Part shown: in pieces, positions 1 to 11,012 of the stretch
Layout: each line of letters starts with the position of its first letter
How positions within the stretch are numbered: the stretch's first letter is position 1
NCBI GenBank assembly: GCA_002269645.1
Contig: NIVC01004676.1
Span: 1-38,423, forward strand
Direction: 5' to 3'
DNA from: Macrostomum lignano
Lineage: Eukaryota
Length of the DNA stretch: 38,423 bases
Notes under the pieces: generated by a model
Told to the model about the DNA's origin: nothing
Database searches by the model: none
The model's input: the letters and a program-made list of their open reading frames with translations, nothing else
Position numbers and translations under genes: made by a program

Positions 1-1664
1 CGTTTTAGGCAACAATTTTCCCTAGTTGAAGTACAACTGGACTGCGATTGATTCGATGCGGAAGCTGTGTCGTCCTCGACGCGGAAGCTGGTGTCGGCTT
101 TAACGTGGAAGCTGGTGTCGTCCTCGACGCGGAAGCTGGTGTCGGCTTTAACGTGGAAGCTGGTGTCGGCCTCGACGCGGAAGCTGGTGTCGTCCTCGAC
201 GCGGAAGCTGGTGTCGACCTCGACGCGGAAGCTGACGTCGGCTTCAATGTGGAAGCTGGTGTCGGCCCCGACGCTGAAACTGGTGTCGGCCTCAACGCGG
301 AAGCTAGTGTTGGCCTTGACGCTATAGCTGGTGTCTGCCTCGACGCTGAAGCTTGAGTCGGCTTCAGTGTGGAAGCTGGCGTCGGTCTTGACGCTGTAAC
401 TGATGTCGGCTTTAATTTGTAAGCTGGTGTCGGCCTCGACGCGGAAGCTGACGTCGGCTTCAATGTGGAAGCTGACGTCGGCTTCAATGTGGAAGCTGGT
501 GTCGTCCCGACGCTGAAACTGGTGTCGACCTCGAAGCGGAAGCTGGTGTTGGCCTTGACACTAAAGCTGGTGTCGGCCTCGACGCTGAAACTGATGTCGG
601 CTTTAATTTGGAAGCAGGTGTCGGCTTCAGTGTAGAAGCTGGTGTCGGCTTTAATGTGGAAGCTGGTGTCGGCTTCAATGTGGAATCTAATATTGGCCTT
701 GACGCGGAAGCTGGTGTAGGCTTCAATGTGGAAGCTGGTGTCGGCTTCAATGTGGAAGCTGGTGTCGGCTTCAATGTGGAAGCTGATGTTGGCCTCGACG
801 CGGAAGCTGGTGTTGGTTTCAATGTGGAAGCTGGTGTCGGCTTCAATGTGGAATCTAATATTGGCCTTGACGCGGAAGCTGGTGTAGGCTTCAATTTGGA
901 AGCTGGTGTCGGCGTCGACGCGGAAGCTGGTGTCGGCGTCGACGCGGAAGCTGGTGTCGTCTTCAATATGGAAGCTGGTGTCGGCGTCGACGCGGAAGCT
1001 GGTGTCGTCTTCAATATGGAAGCTGGTGTCGGCGTCGACGCGGAAGCTGGTGTCGTCTTCAATATGGAAGCTGGTGTTGGCCTCGACGCGGAAGCTGGTG
1101 TTGGTTTCAATTTGGAAGCTGGTGTTGGTTTCAATGTGGAAGCTGGTGTTGGTTTCAATGTGGAAGCTGGTGTTGGTTTCGATGTGGAAGCTGGTGTTGG
1201 TTTCAATGTGGAAGCTGGTGTCGACCTTGACGCGGAAGCAGTAGTCGAAGAAGCCGGTGTCAGTTTCGACGCGGAAGCAGTAGTTGACGAAGAAGCTGGT
1301 GTTGGAACTGTCGGTTTCGGTATGGTAGCAGTAGTCAATGAAGAAGGTTGCATCGGCTTTGGCACAAAAGCTGATGCCAGCTTAGACAATAAAGAAGTAC
1401 TCGTAGTTGAAGCGGAAGCTAAATTCATCGACACGAAAGCAGCAGTCGATGCAGTAGCTTGCGTTGCATTTGACTCAGCAACAGACTTAGACAAAGGAAT
1501 AGATCTTGGGTCTTGCAAAGGAGCACTCGATTTTAACAATATTAGCTGACTGGATCTATCAGAATTCGCAGTATCAACAACTTTACCGCTGGCCAGTGCC
1601 TTACTGGCACAATTCAAAGCGTTAAGGAACTGCCAAGGAACAGATCTCGGATCCACAACTGTGT
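1..1664 (-). CDS. Large exon (runs off the left edge) of an uncharacterised protein with a Pro/Thr/Ser/Ala-rich octapeptide repeat domain; two 1-nt frameshifts
   Basis: ORFs 484..1656 and 5..487 encode the same [16 protein letters not shown] repeats. The splice acceptor TTTTTAG (AG at 1666-1665) lies 8 nt upstream of the ORF's GTG start (phase 1). The units at 492-514 and 61-83 are 23 nt instead of 24; restoring one base in each gives a continuous frame (…[23 protein letters not shown]) open to base 1. Confidence 0.7.
61..1240 (-). repeat. Coding tandem repeat, 24-nt unit, ~49 copies
   Basis: Plus-strand units GAAGCTGGTGTCGGCTTCAATGTG and GAAGCTGGTGTCGGCCTCGACGCG are interspersed. Length is conserved at 24 nt except for two 23-nt units. 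Confidence 0.95.
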
Positions 1665-2268
1665 CTAAAAATTAACGGAAGTTTCTGAATTAATTTTCTG
1701 CGCGGGCGCGAATCGAATAACGCGGACACTACATTGAACAAAGATGTAGATCAAGACTTCTCAGGAAGACTTTTCTGACTGCATTTTCAAGTGACACAAG
1801 GATTTTCAATAAAACCCAATTACAGCATTTTGTCGAGTATTTTAGAATATCTATACGAATTTTCGAGCACTTAAAGTCTGCTTTAGCACATACAAACGAT
1901 CCCCTACTGAAAATGATATGTACTTTGTATATACTACTACTGTATTTCGTGGTGGCCCAATCCTAGCATCTATAAATACAAATGTACTGTCCAGAGCGTT
2001 TATTTCTTGCTTACAAGGCTAATCTACTCTACTCAACAGAAGAGTAGGAACTCAGAAACCGGTTCTGGCCTATCGAGGTTCGAATCTTTGAATCGAAGAG
2101 TTTAGACACACACAAGCTATATATATGGAAGCGCGTATCTTTCATGCCAGACAGCTTGATATTCCGATTGCTCAACATTTGAATTAATTATCGAGGGAAT
2201 CTCCTGACAGTTTGAGACTGTCTATCAATATGTTAGTAGTTAAAAAAACTAATCAAAGCACAACTCAC

Positions 2269-2899
2269 TGGACAGCAGTTTAACTAAGACGCACTGCTCA
2301 GTAGGCAGCTTGGAGTACGTGATGTAGGTACAGCCAACGGCTGGGTCCCAATTCCCGCACGACAGACTACAATCCATATCGCCGCTAATCACCCATTCGG
2401 TGCTAATTCGGAACTTCAATTCGGACGGCAACGATGCACAGATTTGATGGAGGGCAGCAGCTGCGTCTGATCGTGCGGTATAAACTACGTGAACAGACGG
2501 CCTGAAACCATTGCAGATGTACAGCTTTGCTACCTGTCCATAACGACTGGCCAGGTCGCCGTCGCGAAGCAATTCAATTAATTGAGATGGCAGACTCCTA
2601 AACTCGGCATTAATTACTTTAATTGCAATTGCCAGGCTAACTAGAGACAGGTGGCCAGATTTTAATGGCGGCATATTTTTCACAGCTTGCTCAGCAGTGT
2701 TAGCTGACGGAGTAGGCAATGCGCACCCCATGCCTTGATCAATCGCTTTGGCAGTCCTTTTCAGCGTCTCAAGTCTTCGCTGCAAGTCGGCAAGTAGTGC
2801 AGGATTAGCCATGTCCTCTCTGCTTATGGGCCTTCTTTCGGGATCCTTTGCGACCCATTCTTTCAGATCCTGTATGTGTTTTTCAGAGTAGAAAGCAAA
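2269..2899 (-). CDS. Internal exon (631 nt, ~210 aa) of an uncharacterised gene
   Basis: ORF 2249..2812 extends upstream in frame (FAFYSEKHIQDLKEWVAKDPERRPISRED-MANP…) to an acceptor TATCAG (AG at 2901-2900). A GTGAGT donor at 2268 (phase 1) precedes the ORF's stop. No family recognised. Confidence 0.7.
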
Positions 2900-2958
2900 C
2901 TGATAACTTCTGAATTATCAAGTTACAAAGTGCACCGGCAATGAACTCGAAACCTTAC

Positions 2959-3101
2959 CAATAAGTCCTTCTTTAAAACTGAACTAGATGTTGAATTTGA
3001 CACCTTCTCTTGCAGAGTTTGTATTATTTGTGCAAAATTGGCATTTTCATTCATTTTTATAGCCATGCAATTCATCAAATTTATTGAAGCTTTATAGGGC
3101 A
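2959..3101 (-). CDS. Internal exon (143 nt) of the same gene
   Basis: Acceptor CTCAG (3103-3102) and donor GTAAGG at 2958. The 59-nt phase-0 intron joins …KKDLL to FAFY… in frame. Lies within ORF 2923..3147. Confidence 0.65.
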
Positions 3102-3160
3102 CTGAGCATTGAAAGGAGATAATGACAACTGAAAAATAAAAACCCACAAGTATGACTTAC

Positions 3161-3191
3161 TAGAACTCCAACATATTAACAAGGCACCTTC
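3161..3191 (-). CDS. 31-nt micro-exon of the same gene
   Basis: Acceptor TTTGTTTATTGGTAG and donor GTAAGT at 3160. The 59-nt phase-1 intron gives EGALLICWSS-M-PYKAS in frame. Confidence 0.5.
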
Positions 3192-3684
3192 CTACCAATA
3201 AACAAACAAAATTAACAAATAAACAAAATAATTTCATAAGATTTATAAATTTCACTGTCTTGAAAATTGCAACTAATGAGTATAATGATAACCATGTGCA
3301 ACATTTGCAATTGTCCCTTAAAATAAGTTGCTAATGAGAATTTTAAACTGCATTTATAACCATATAGAATAACAAACCTAGATGGACTTTCTGACAATGC
3401 ATACTCCAAGGTGCATAATCAGGCATAGCTCATATTGTTTGGAACAGGAGCATATAATAAGTAAAGCAGACTTATAAATTATTTGTTCATGTACTTAATG
3501 ATTTATTATTTATTTTTAATTTACAAAGCAGTTAGAGGTTAATAGCCTATAGGTCCAGGTGAATACCATTAATGCAATAATGGGTGAAGATCAAAATATG
3601 ATTTTAACGTGCACTATAGTTAAAAATGGTCTGGTCTCCCTTACTCAGAATATATGAAGAACATAGCAGGGCTGCACCACTATG

Positions 3685-4290
3685 TTAAAGTTGCATATTG
3701 AGGGTAGATGACTGATTTTTTATATACAATGCTTCTAAGATCTCAAGTTTGTAATTAGATAGACATTGGTCAATGATTCTAAAGTATTCTTCTTTAAGTG
3801 TATTATTAGAGCAGCTGTTGCATTCCAAAAGATAGGTTTGGATAGCTGGCAGTTGAGCCAGTGCTCCCTAGTTCTGGTGTGTGAGTCTTTTGGTCTTCCC
3901 CACATAGGAGATACTCTAGTCATCAGAATCAATAGATAATACCTGTATGTAGAGCATAGGGCATACATGAAATTAACCAACTAACAAAACTGCCAACTTT
4001 GGAAATAAAAGGATAGCCAAATAAAGGGAGAATGAGGGTTGGTTTACTCTAGTCAATGTGATTAGGTTTGATAAACTTTTGTTGATTCACTCTTTTAGAA
4101 ATGAATTTGTGAATGTTGTAGTAGATAAAGACTAAAGGGTAACCATTCTATTGGAGCATTTTGGTTAAGAACTTGATTTTTTAATCAAATTTGATCTAGG
4201 AATTGCAGATAATAAAGGCTCTATAAAGCAAACATATGATCAGACCAGATTTGCATTGTCTAAAGCACAAATTATAAAAGTTAAAAATGG
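3685..4290 (-). mobile_element. Decayed Penelope-like retroelement (RT thumb + GIY-YIG endonuclease remnant)
   Basis: Minus-strand translation with stops and frameshifts: QCKSGLIICLLYRAFIICNS*IKFD*KIKFLTKMLQ*NGYPLVFI (4260-4130), KPTLILPFI, GIIY (3943-3932), YVGKTKRL/HTRTREH, and RIIDQCLSNYKLEILEALYIKNQSSTLNMQL*. Motif order and content match the Penelope-like RT thumb and GIY-YIG domain. Confidence 0.8.
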
Positions 4291-6384
4291 TTCAACCTGA
4301 TTGCATCACCCCTAAGTGAACCAATTCTATTTCTATATATTAGAATATTTTGTAATACTTTGCCTATTAACAGGCATAAGATCATTTTTATCCAAAAACT
4401 TGATTTTTTATTAATAATATTGTATATTAAAATAATAATAATAAAAACATTTTATTCTATGTCGAAAATTCTATGTTGAATATATCATTTTTAAAGGTAG
4501 ACAAGATTCAATCTTAATCTTGATCATCAAGATCTTGGCACTTTTTTAAATTTCAATCTCAGTTTCAAGATCTCAAAAAAGTTAAGATTTGAGACTGTGT
4601 GACTGTTGGTAACTATACTATTATCATATTTATATGATATACATCAAGTTACTAACAAGCTCAATATTATATAATAATTGCTTTCTTTTTATTATCATCA
4701 CTGTACATATTTAACAAACAAAAATATTAGCATTGAAGATAGAATTGTGTCAATAGGCCTATTAGATTCTATTTAGGCTTAATTTCAAATCTCAATTAAA
4801 TCTTGATTATCTTAAAAAAGTATAGATTTCCCAAGCTGAAATTCATCCCTAAAAAAATATATATTTGGCACCAAAAGTTAAAAAATTAAATGCATGCAAA
4901 CAAACCTTTATTAAAAATATAAAATATTGTGCTATACTAAAGTCTTGAGAAAGCTTTTATAAATTAACAATCAAATATTATCATTGCTAGATATAATTCC
5001 AACAATATACGGAATCTTCTGGCAAAAAAAGTTATTGTTCTGCATGCACTTAGGCCTAAAGTTCACTGAAAGTAGCAATACTGGTCAATTTTTTGTTTTG
5101 TGCACTTGATGTATGAAGTATACCCTAGTAGATCTCAAGTCTAAAATATTTTGAAAATGTGATATCATCCAACCCCAATTCCAATTGGAATATATAAAAA
5201 ACTTGCAGACACACATGGGATCTAAAATTATAGCTCAAAAACATGACAAAACACAGAACATGTTAACTTTTATACCAAATATATGTATAGTACTAATTAG
5301 ATGATGAGACATTTAGCCTTAACAAGATAGTCATAGTTATTCCTGCCATTTATCCAAAACTACACTGTGCCACAACACTACTGTCTTGACTCTAGCTATA
5401 ACACACTATTGGATAATTCCAAAATTGCAACAGATGGTTGGATGCCTTTTGTCCACTTATTCCAATAGGGCATTCCATAGGTGTAAGAATAGGGGGACAG
5501 TGGGGCCATGGCCCTCCACTTTTTAAAATGGGAGGCCAGTAATGGTATCTGGCCCCTCCAAATTTTAAATGTAAAATATAGACTTTTTGCTTCTTTTTTT
5601 ACTCTTATTTTTGGTTTTTGCTGCTTTGCATAAACATATATGCATGGTATATATTAATATAAAATAAAAAAATTGGAAACTTGTAAATATATAGGTTACA
5701 ATTTTGATTTTTGATTTCTAAGAAATCATTCAAAGAAACATCTACCATAGACCATACCATTACCATGATCCATAAAGCATGAATCATGATTTTGATTCAT
5801 TCATTCTTATTCATATTCATGAATAAAAATTAAGAATGAACTAAATGAACATTACATTGAGTCATTAAGCAGTGACAATAAGAATAAACTGACTAACAAT
5901 GAGACATATAATATTATATTTAATATAGCTATCTATTATATTTTTACAATGGTTTGTTTTTTGTTTTTTATTAAAAAGTTAAAAACAGTTTTGTTATATG
6001 TGGCATATAGCCAGGAAAATTAATAGTATTTTAAATGCTCCTAATTGATTTGGAGATAGTTAGTTAGCAATGGTAGTTTTAGGAGGAAAGGGCTAAGCTG
6101 GCTGAAGCTCCTTAGGCCTTAGCCTTTCCAATTATAATTTGATTTGAGATTGCAATATATTTATTTATCATATAAGATATAATGATCCAAGTATCAATTT
6201 CTTTATTATATCAATGATTATAATATAGTGGATAGATTACTAGGAATGTAATAATTTTAAATTTGCTAATTTGCTATATAGTTTGCTTATCTCATCTTGT
6301 TCTTGTGGCCTTATACAAAACAAAAAAGTTGCTTACTTAAGTTACTAATATTATTAACATTGCAGCAGCCAGCAATCAACAACA

Positions 6385-8830
6385 ATGAGAAAGATCAATA
6401 TAGATATACAAAACTTTTTGGAAAGTCAAAATCCAATTCAAATGAACTATAAGCACCTATATCCTTGACCCTATGTGTTAATATGCCTGCTGAACCTCTA
6501 GGTGCTAATGCACTTATATTACCTACTGAAGCTGAACCTCTATGTGCTAATATGCCTGCATTCTAGAGGTCGGACGAGCAGAAAATTTTGGTCAGACATG
6601 AAATTTTGTGAAATTTTCAAAGTCGGGCGTGATCGTGATTGTGAATTTATATTTGCATACACGTATTTTGAGCTCGTAAGTTACAAGTATTGAAAATAAC
6701 AAAACAAGAAAATAAATATTTATAAGTTGATAATAGCTACTCAGTAATGCTGTCAAGTCAACAAATTTAAAATTTATTACTCTTTTACACATTTGTATTC
6801 ACATATTTTGGTAAACCAAGTAGAAAAGTTATACTTCTAATAAAAATGTAATAAAGCGGAAATTCACGACTGTCGTGAACAGGTTTCAAGGAAATCACGA
6901 TTGTGAAAAAAATGGTCGTGAATTCACAAAATCGTGATCACGATCGTGATCACGTCCGACCCCTACTGCATTCTTTGCTGAACCCCCAGGTCTTGTTATG
7001 CCTACTAAACTGCAAGAGCAAGGGCAACCAACTGAACAGTAAACAACTACTATAGGTGCTTTTTCTACTGCTACTGAAATGCTTTCAGAGGATTTAGGTA
7101 AGGAAGATTAGAAATTAGGGATTTATTATTCTTCTTAGCCGTCATTTTTTGGTTATAATGTGGACTATTTTAGTATATAACTGTGGTACTCCATTTTTTC
7201 TCATTTATCAGGTTCAGTTGCATCTCACCCTGGCTTGTCCTGCTCCTTTTTATGCTATACATTGGATGGGTCACACCAGCCACATGACATGGACACTGAA
7301 AAAATGGCTTATCTTCAAGGTGGCCACTTGTACAGTCAACATAAAGTGGTAAAGTCAGTATAGCTGGCTAAGTGTATATATGGCAACTGGAAAAGTGTTC
7401 TATAACATTTGCAGATGACAGGAGCAGCACAAAATTAACCATGAGTAAGAGCAAAGACCCCGTCTTTATACAAGATAGGTTCAACAACTGGAAAAAGGCC
7501 AGAGTCTTTCAACAAGCATGAGTCTTTTCTCTACCACCAAGAAGCATGCTTTAAGCTGCTCAATGAAGGGAAAGAGACAATTAACTCATAGCTAGCCAGT
7601 CAATCTACTGCTAAATACGCATGTAGGAGGAAGTGTCTTAAGAAAGAAATGGAGTGCATTGTATTTTTACTACACTAGAATTTTCTTGTCTAAAGCAAAG
7701 AAGAAAGTGAAAGAAACCTTAACCAACTGCTCATCCTGAAAAAAGGGTTATCCTAGACCTTGGCATCTGGAATGAATAATTGTCTCTTATGATCCAAAAT
7801 GAGTTGATCCAAAAAATTGGCATAACAATATTCCAACAACTTCTCAACATCAGAGAAGCAAAGTTTAATGCCATCCTAGCAGATAAGACAACTGATGTTA
7901 CCCCTAAAGAGCAGTTAAACTCGTCCATTTGTTAGGTAAATGAGCAATTGAACATCAATGAAGATCTAGTGGAATTAATCTAAGTGGTAAATACCATAGG
8001 AAAGGTCTAGCAGCTAGATTAAAGGATGCCCTAGTCCACATGCAACTCCCTTTACAATATTGCTATGACTAAGCATATGATGATACAGTAAACATGTCAC
8101 GGAAAATGAAAGGGGTGGCAGCCAGAATCTAGAAAGAGTACCCAGCTGCTATCCATATGCACTGCCTAGTGCACTATGCCAATTTTGTCCTACAAGAAGT
8201 ATCTTGGCAGCAAAAAATTGTGAGAGATACCTTGGACCTCACAAATAAGATCACTTCTTTTTGTAGACTGTCTACTATGGAAGAAAGATTGAGGCTTCAA
8301 AAGAGCCCATTGCTTCTATATATTTAGCAAGCAACAAAGACCCAAGGGTCTCATACATGTATACAAAGAAAAAGGGGCAAAGGAAAAAGGAAGGAACAAA
8401 AAAGCAAGCACTGGGTGATACATTGAGACAAAGAACATTCCTATCCTACTTCTTCTTAACCCCTCTCACATAACACAACTACACTGTATGTCATCACACT
8501 TTTGTAAGAAACTTTCTAAAAATATCAAATATCTTCTAAATCCAAAGCATGGCACTTGAGATCCCAGGAACACATGGAACATCACTATGCCCTTTGTGCC
8601 TTACACAATGGACTTGCTGCACTGCTTCATTGAAAAGCCTAATTTGCAACTACTTAGCAGTGATGGACACCATAGAAAAAGTCAATATATCTTTTAGTGA
8701 TAAAACTCTAAGAGAGCTACTAGAATGCTAGTGCTTATGGAGAAGTTTAGCTTTGTGTTTAGGCTTTATCTATCTCTGGCTATTTTCTTTATGGCTAAAG
8801 AGCTTTTCCATGCCTTGAATTTTCATAAAC
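6385..8830 (+). pseudogene. hAT transposase pseudogene (TTF-type Zn finger + DUF4371/ZMYM1-like catalytic region)
   Basis: Degenerate motifs occur in the expected order: SQYSWLSV…GKVFYNICR, FNNWKKA (7480), ILADKTTDV…KEQL (7879; ADETTD-like first catalytic Asp), AYDDTVNMSRKMKGVAARI*KEYPAAIHMHCLVH (8073-8174), LCPLCLTQW (~8590; CPTRW-like), MEKFSFVFRLYLS. There are many in-frame stops and a probable intron at 7098-7211 (GTAAGG…TATCAG, phase 1). Confidence 0.85.
6564..6965. mobile_element. Non-autonomous hAT MITE nested in the fossil transposase
   Basis: 13-bp TIR TAGAGGTCGGACG / CGTCCGACCCCTA (1 mismatch). Perfect 8-bp TSD CTGCATTC (6556-6563, 6966-6973). Subterminal CGTGAT/ATCACG repeats. Confidence 0.92.
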
Positions 8831-10035
8831 CTTCCCCAAGTCCCTAGACTTGCATTCCTAGTCTCTATATTACTATTGCATGAAACATTTTTGCCAATTG
8901 AAGAAAGTCAGACTAGAGAAAAGGTATAAAAAATAATATCAGTTGGTTTATATAATGCATAGCAGTATAAAAGAATATTTAAATTTGAAAATTTAGTTTC
9001 TAAATCTAATGCATAAACACAAAATATACTAGTTTGGTTTTTTGGCTCTTCCTTTTCCATTTCTGCCTTAACTTATTTTTTTTCATTGTTATAACTCAGT
9101 ACAAATGCAAATATAATTGGTACACTTAGTAAGGTTTTTTTAACAAAATGCTCATATTAAAAAACATTTGTTTTTTGGATAAAAGTCTATAAAAAGAATT
9201 TTTTTTCAAATTTTTGCATAGACAATAATAATAAAAAAATTAATATGACAAGCAATGTCGTTCCAAAAAATTTCGCAATGAAATTTTTGGGATAATTGGA
9301 TTCCCTAGTCCTATGCCAAAAGATGGCCCTTGGCTACCCTACTTTTTCAAATGTTCTTATGCCTATAAGGAATTCAACCCTAATCATTTGTAACTTTTTT
9401 ATCATTTACCTATTCATAAAAAAGTCTAATATAATATGACTAAAATAGCCAAAACCTTTACAACAAATTTTAAGTGTTTAAACCTAATAAGGCAAAAAAA
9501 CAAAGGTCAAAGAACAAAAAATATTTTTTTATCATTTTTTTGCAAAAAACTTTACCTCTCATTCTTCTTTTGAATTATTAAATAATTTAGCATACTAAAC
9601 AAAGTTGAGTCCCTGACCAGAGTCAATAAGCCAAACCAATTAAAAAATATATTTTTTCTAATTTTTTAAGTATAAAATATTTAAGTATTTGAAATAAAAG
9701 GTTAGTTATATAGATTATGACTATGACTATGTCATGAATTGAAAAATGGCAGCTATTATTGTTATAGTAACCATATAAATAGTGAGACAGTTATTTTTGG
9801 TTACTACTTACAATAAATACTATCTAAATGAAGTAATGAACCTGGGCTACAATGCAACTAAGGACAAAGTGAAAGTGAATAAATTTAAAAAATAAAGAAA
9901 CATGTTATTAATAAATATATTCATACAATAGTGGTAACTTCCAAATAGTTCTTGTTATAGTAGCATATTTTAGGTAATTGTTAAGTTAACTATTAGTATT
10001 ACATTGTAATTTAACTGAATTTTTTTCCATATGAC

Positions 10036-10525
10036 CCAGGATGGAATTCTTGTATTTCTTAAGTCAAACAGAATTATGTGATTTTTTTATGGCGCGCAAA
10101 ATATTTTTTATTGGTCACATTTTTTTTGGTACTTAGCACGTCGCAAAATAATGAAATAACAAAATAACAAAAGACAATAACGAAAAATGCATTCTAAGAA
10201 AATGTGGTGATTTGAATTTTTGTCCAAATACGTATGTTAGAGAATGTTACGAGATTCTACTTTTTATAGAATTTTTTTCTAATTTTTACTTTTGTACCTT
10301 ATTTAGTTTTTATTTTTTATTCTTTATTCTTTTTTTTGTGAGCTTAGCTAGTAGGATTATCTTTTGCAAAATCCAATATCTCAAGCGCACTTTTGCATAT
10401 ATTAAGAATTAGAAATTTTGTCTGAAATTCTGCGACGCATTTTTCTGGATTTTTTGACGCAAAATCACATTTTTTCGCTCAATTGCATAACACGTTATGA
10501 TTTTTCTGCAAGAATTCCATCTAGG
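10036..10525. mobile_element. hAT-type MITE
   Basis: TIR CCAGGATGGAATTCTTG / CAAGAATTCCATCTAGG (15/17). Perfect 8-bp TSD CATATGAC (10028-10035, 10526-10533). Confidence 0.85.
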
Positions 10526-10620
10526 CATATGACCATAAAAATAACCATTTTGCTTCCTACCTATAGTGACAAAAAAATAACAGTTTTGCTTTTCATACAG
10601 TTGTCAGTTAGGGCCTACAG

Positions 10621-11012
10621 TAGAGGTCGGATGGGATCCCAATCCCGAAATCTCGGGATCCCGAGGAAAATTGAATTCCCGCAGGACCAGACTCCCAACC
10701 CTAAAAAACTCGAGATTCGGGAACAGGTCTTTTGATTAAAAATTTATAGAATTAGTGATTACTTGAAGGTATTTTGCTTTAACTTGTACTCATTACATTA
10801 TTTACTTTGTTGGGCCTGGTTACAAAACTTCATATCAATTTCGTTGTGTTTTACTTCTTGATCTTTACAATCTTTTCTCAATTTTGTTTAACTTTACATG
10901 GACAATACACTAAAAGACCTGATCCCGATTCCCAATCCCGATCCCGATCCCGAGAAAAAAATTATTCCCGATCCTGATCCCGCCCAAAGATTTCAATCCC
11001 GTCCAACCTCTA
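10621..11012. mobile_element. hAT-type MITE
   Basis: 17-bp TIR TAGAGGTCGGATGGGAT / ATCCCGTCCAACCTCTA (2 mismatches). Perfect 8-bp TSD GCCTACAG (10613-10620, 11013-11020). Subterminal ATCCCG/CGGGAT repeats. Confidence 0.92.

Larger units (their letters stand above)
5476..9367 (+). mobile_element. Full-length fossil hAT DNA transposon
   Basis: TIRs are CATAGGTGTAAGAA (5476) and TTCTTATGCCTATA (9354-9367; revcomp TATAGGCATAAGAA). The flanks GGGCATTC (5468-5475) and AGGAATTC (9368-9375) match 6/8, as expected of a decayed 8-bp TSD. A transposase pseudogene lies inside. Confidence 0.75.

Noticed and set aside
48-1549. Plus-strand ORFs with EAGVGFNV repeats (48..356, 608..1549, 906..1244)
   Set aside because: Antisense shadows of the Pro/Thr/Ser/Ala repeat. 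Splice signals and upstream exons support the minus strand.
2077-2086. GGTTCGAATC resembling a tRNA T-loop/B-box
   Set aside because: No cloverleaf and no correctly spaced A-box.
4280-4850. Possible hAT ends (…CATCACCCCTA near 4313, …GAAATTCATCCCTA near 4850) and decayed ATCTC-type subterminal repeats
   Set aside because: I could not find matching partner ends or TSDs; too decayed to call.
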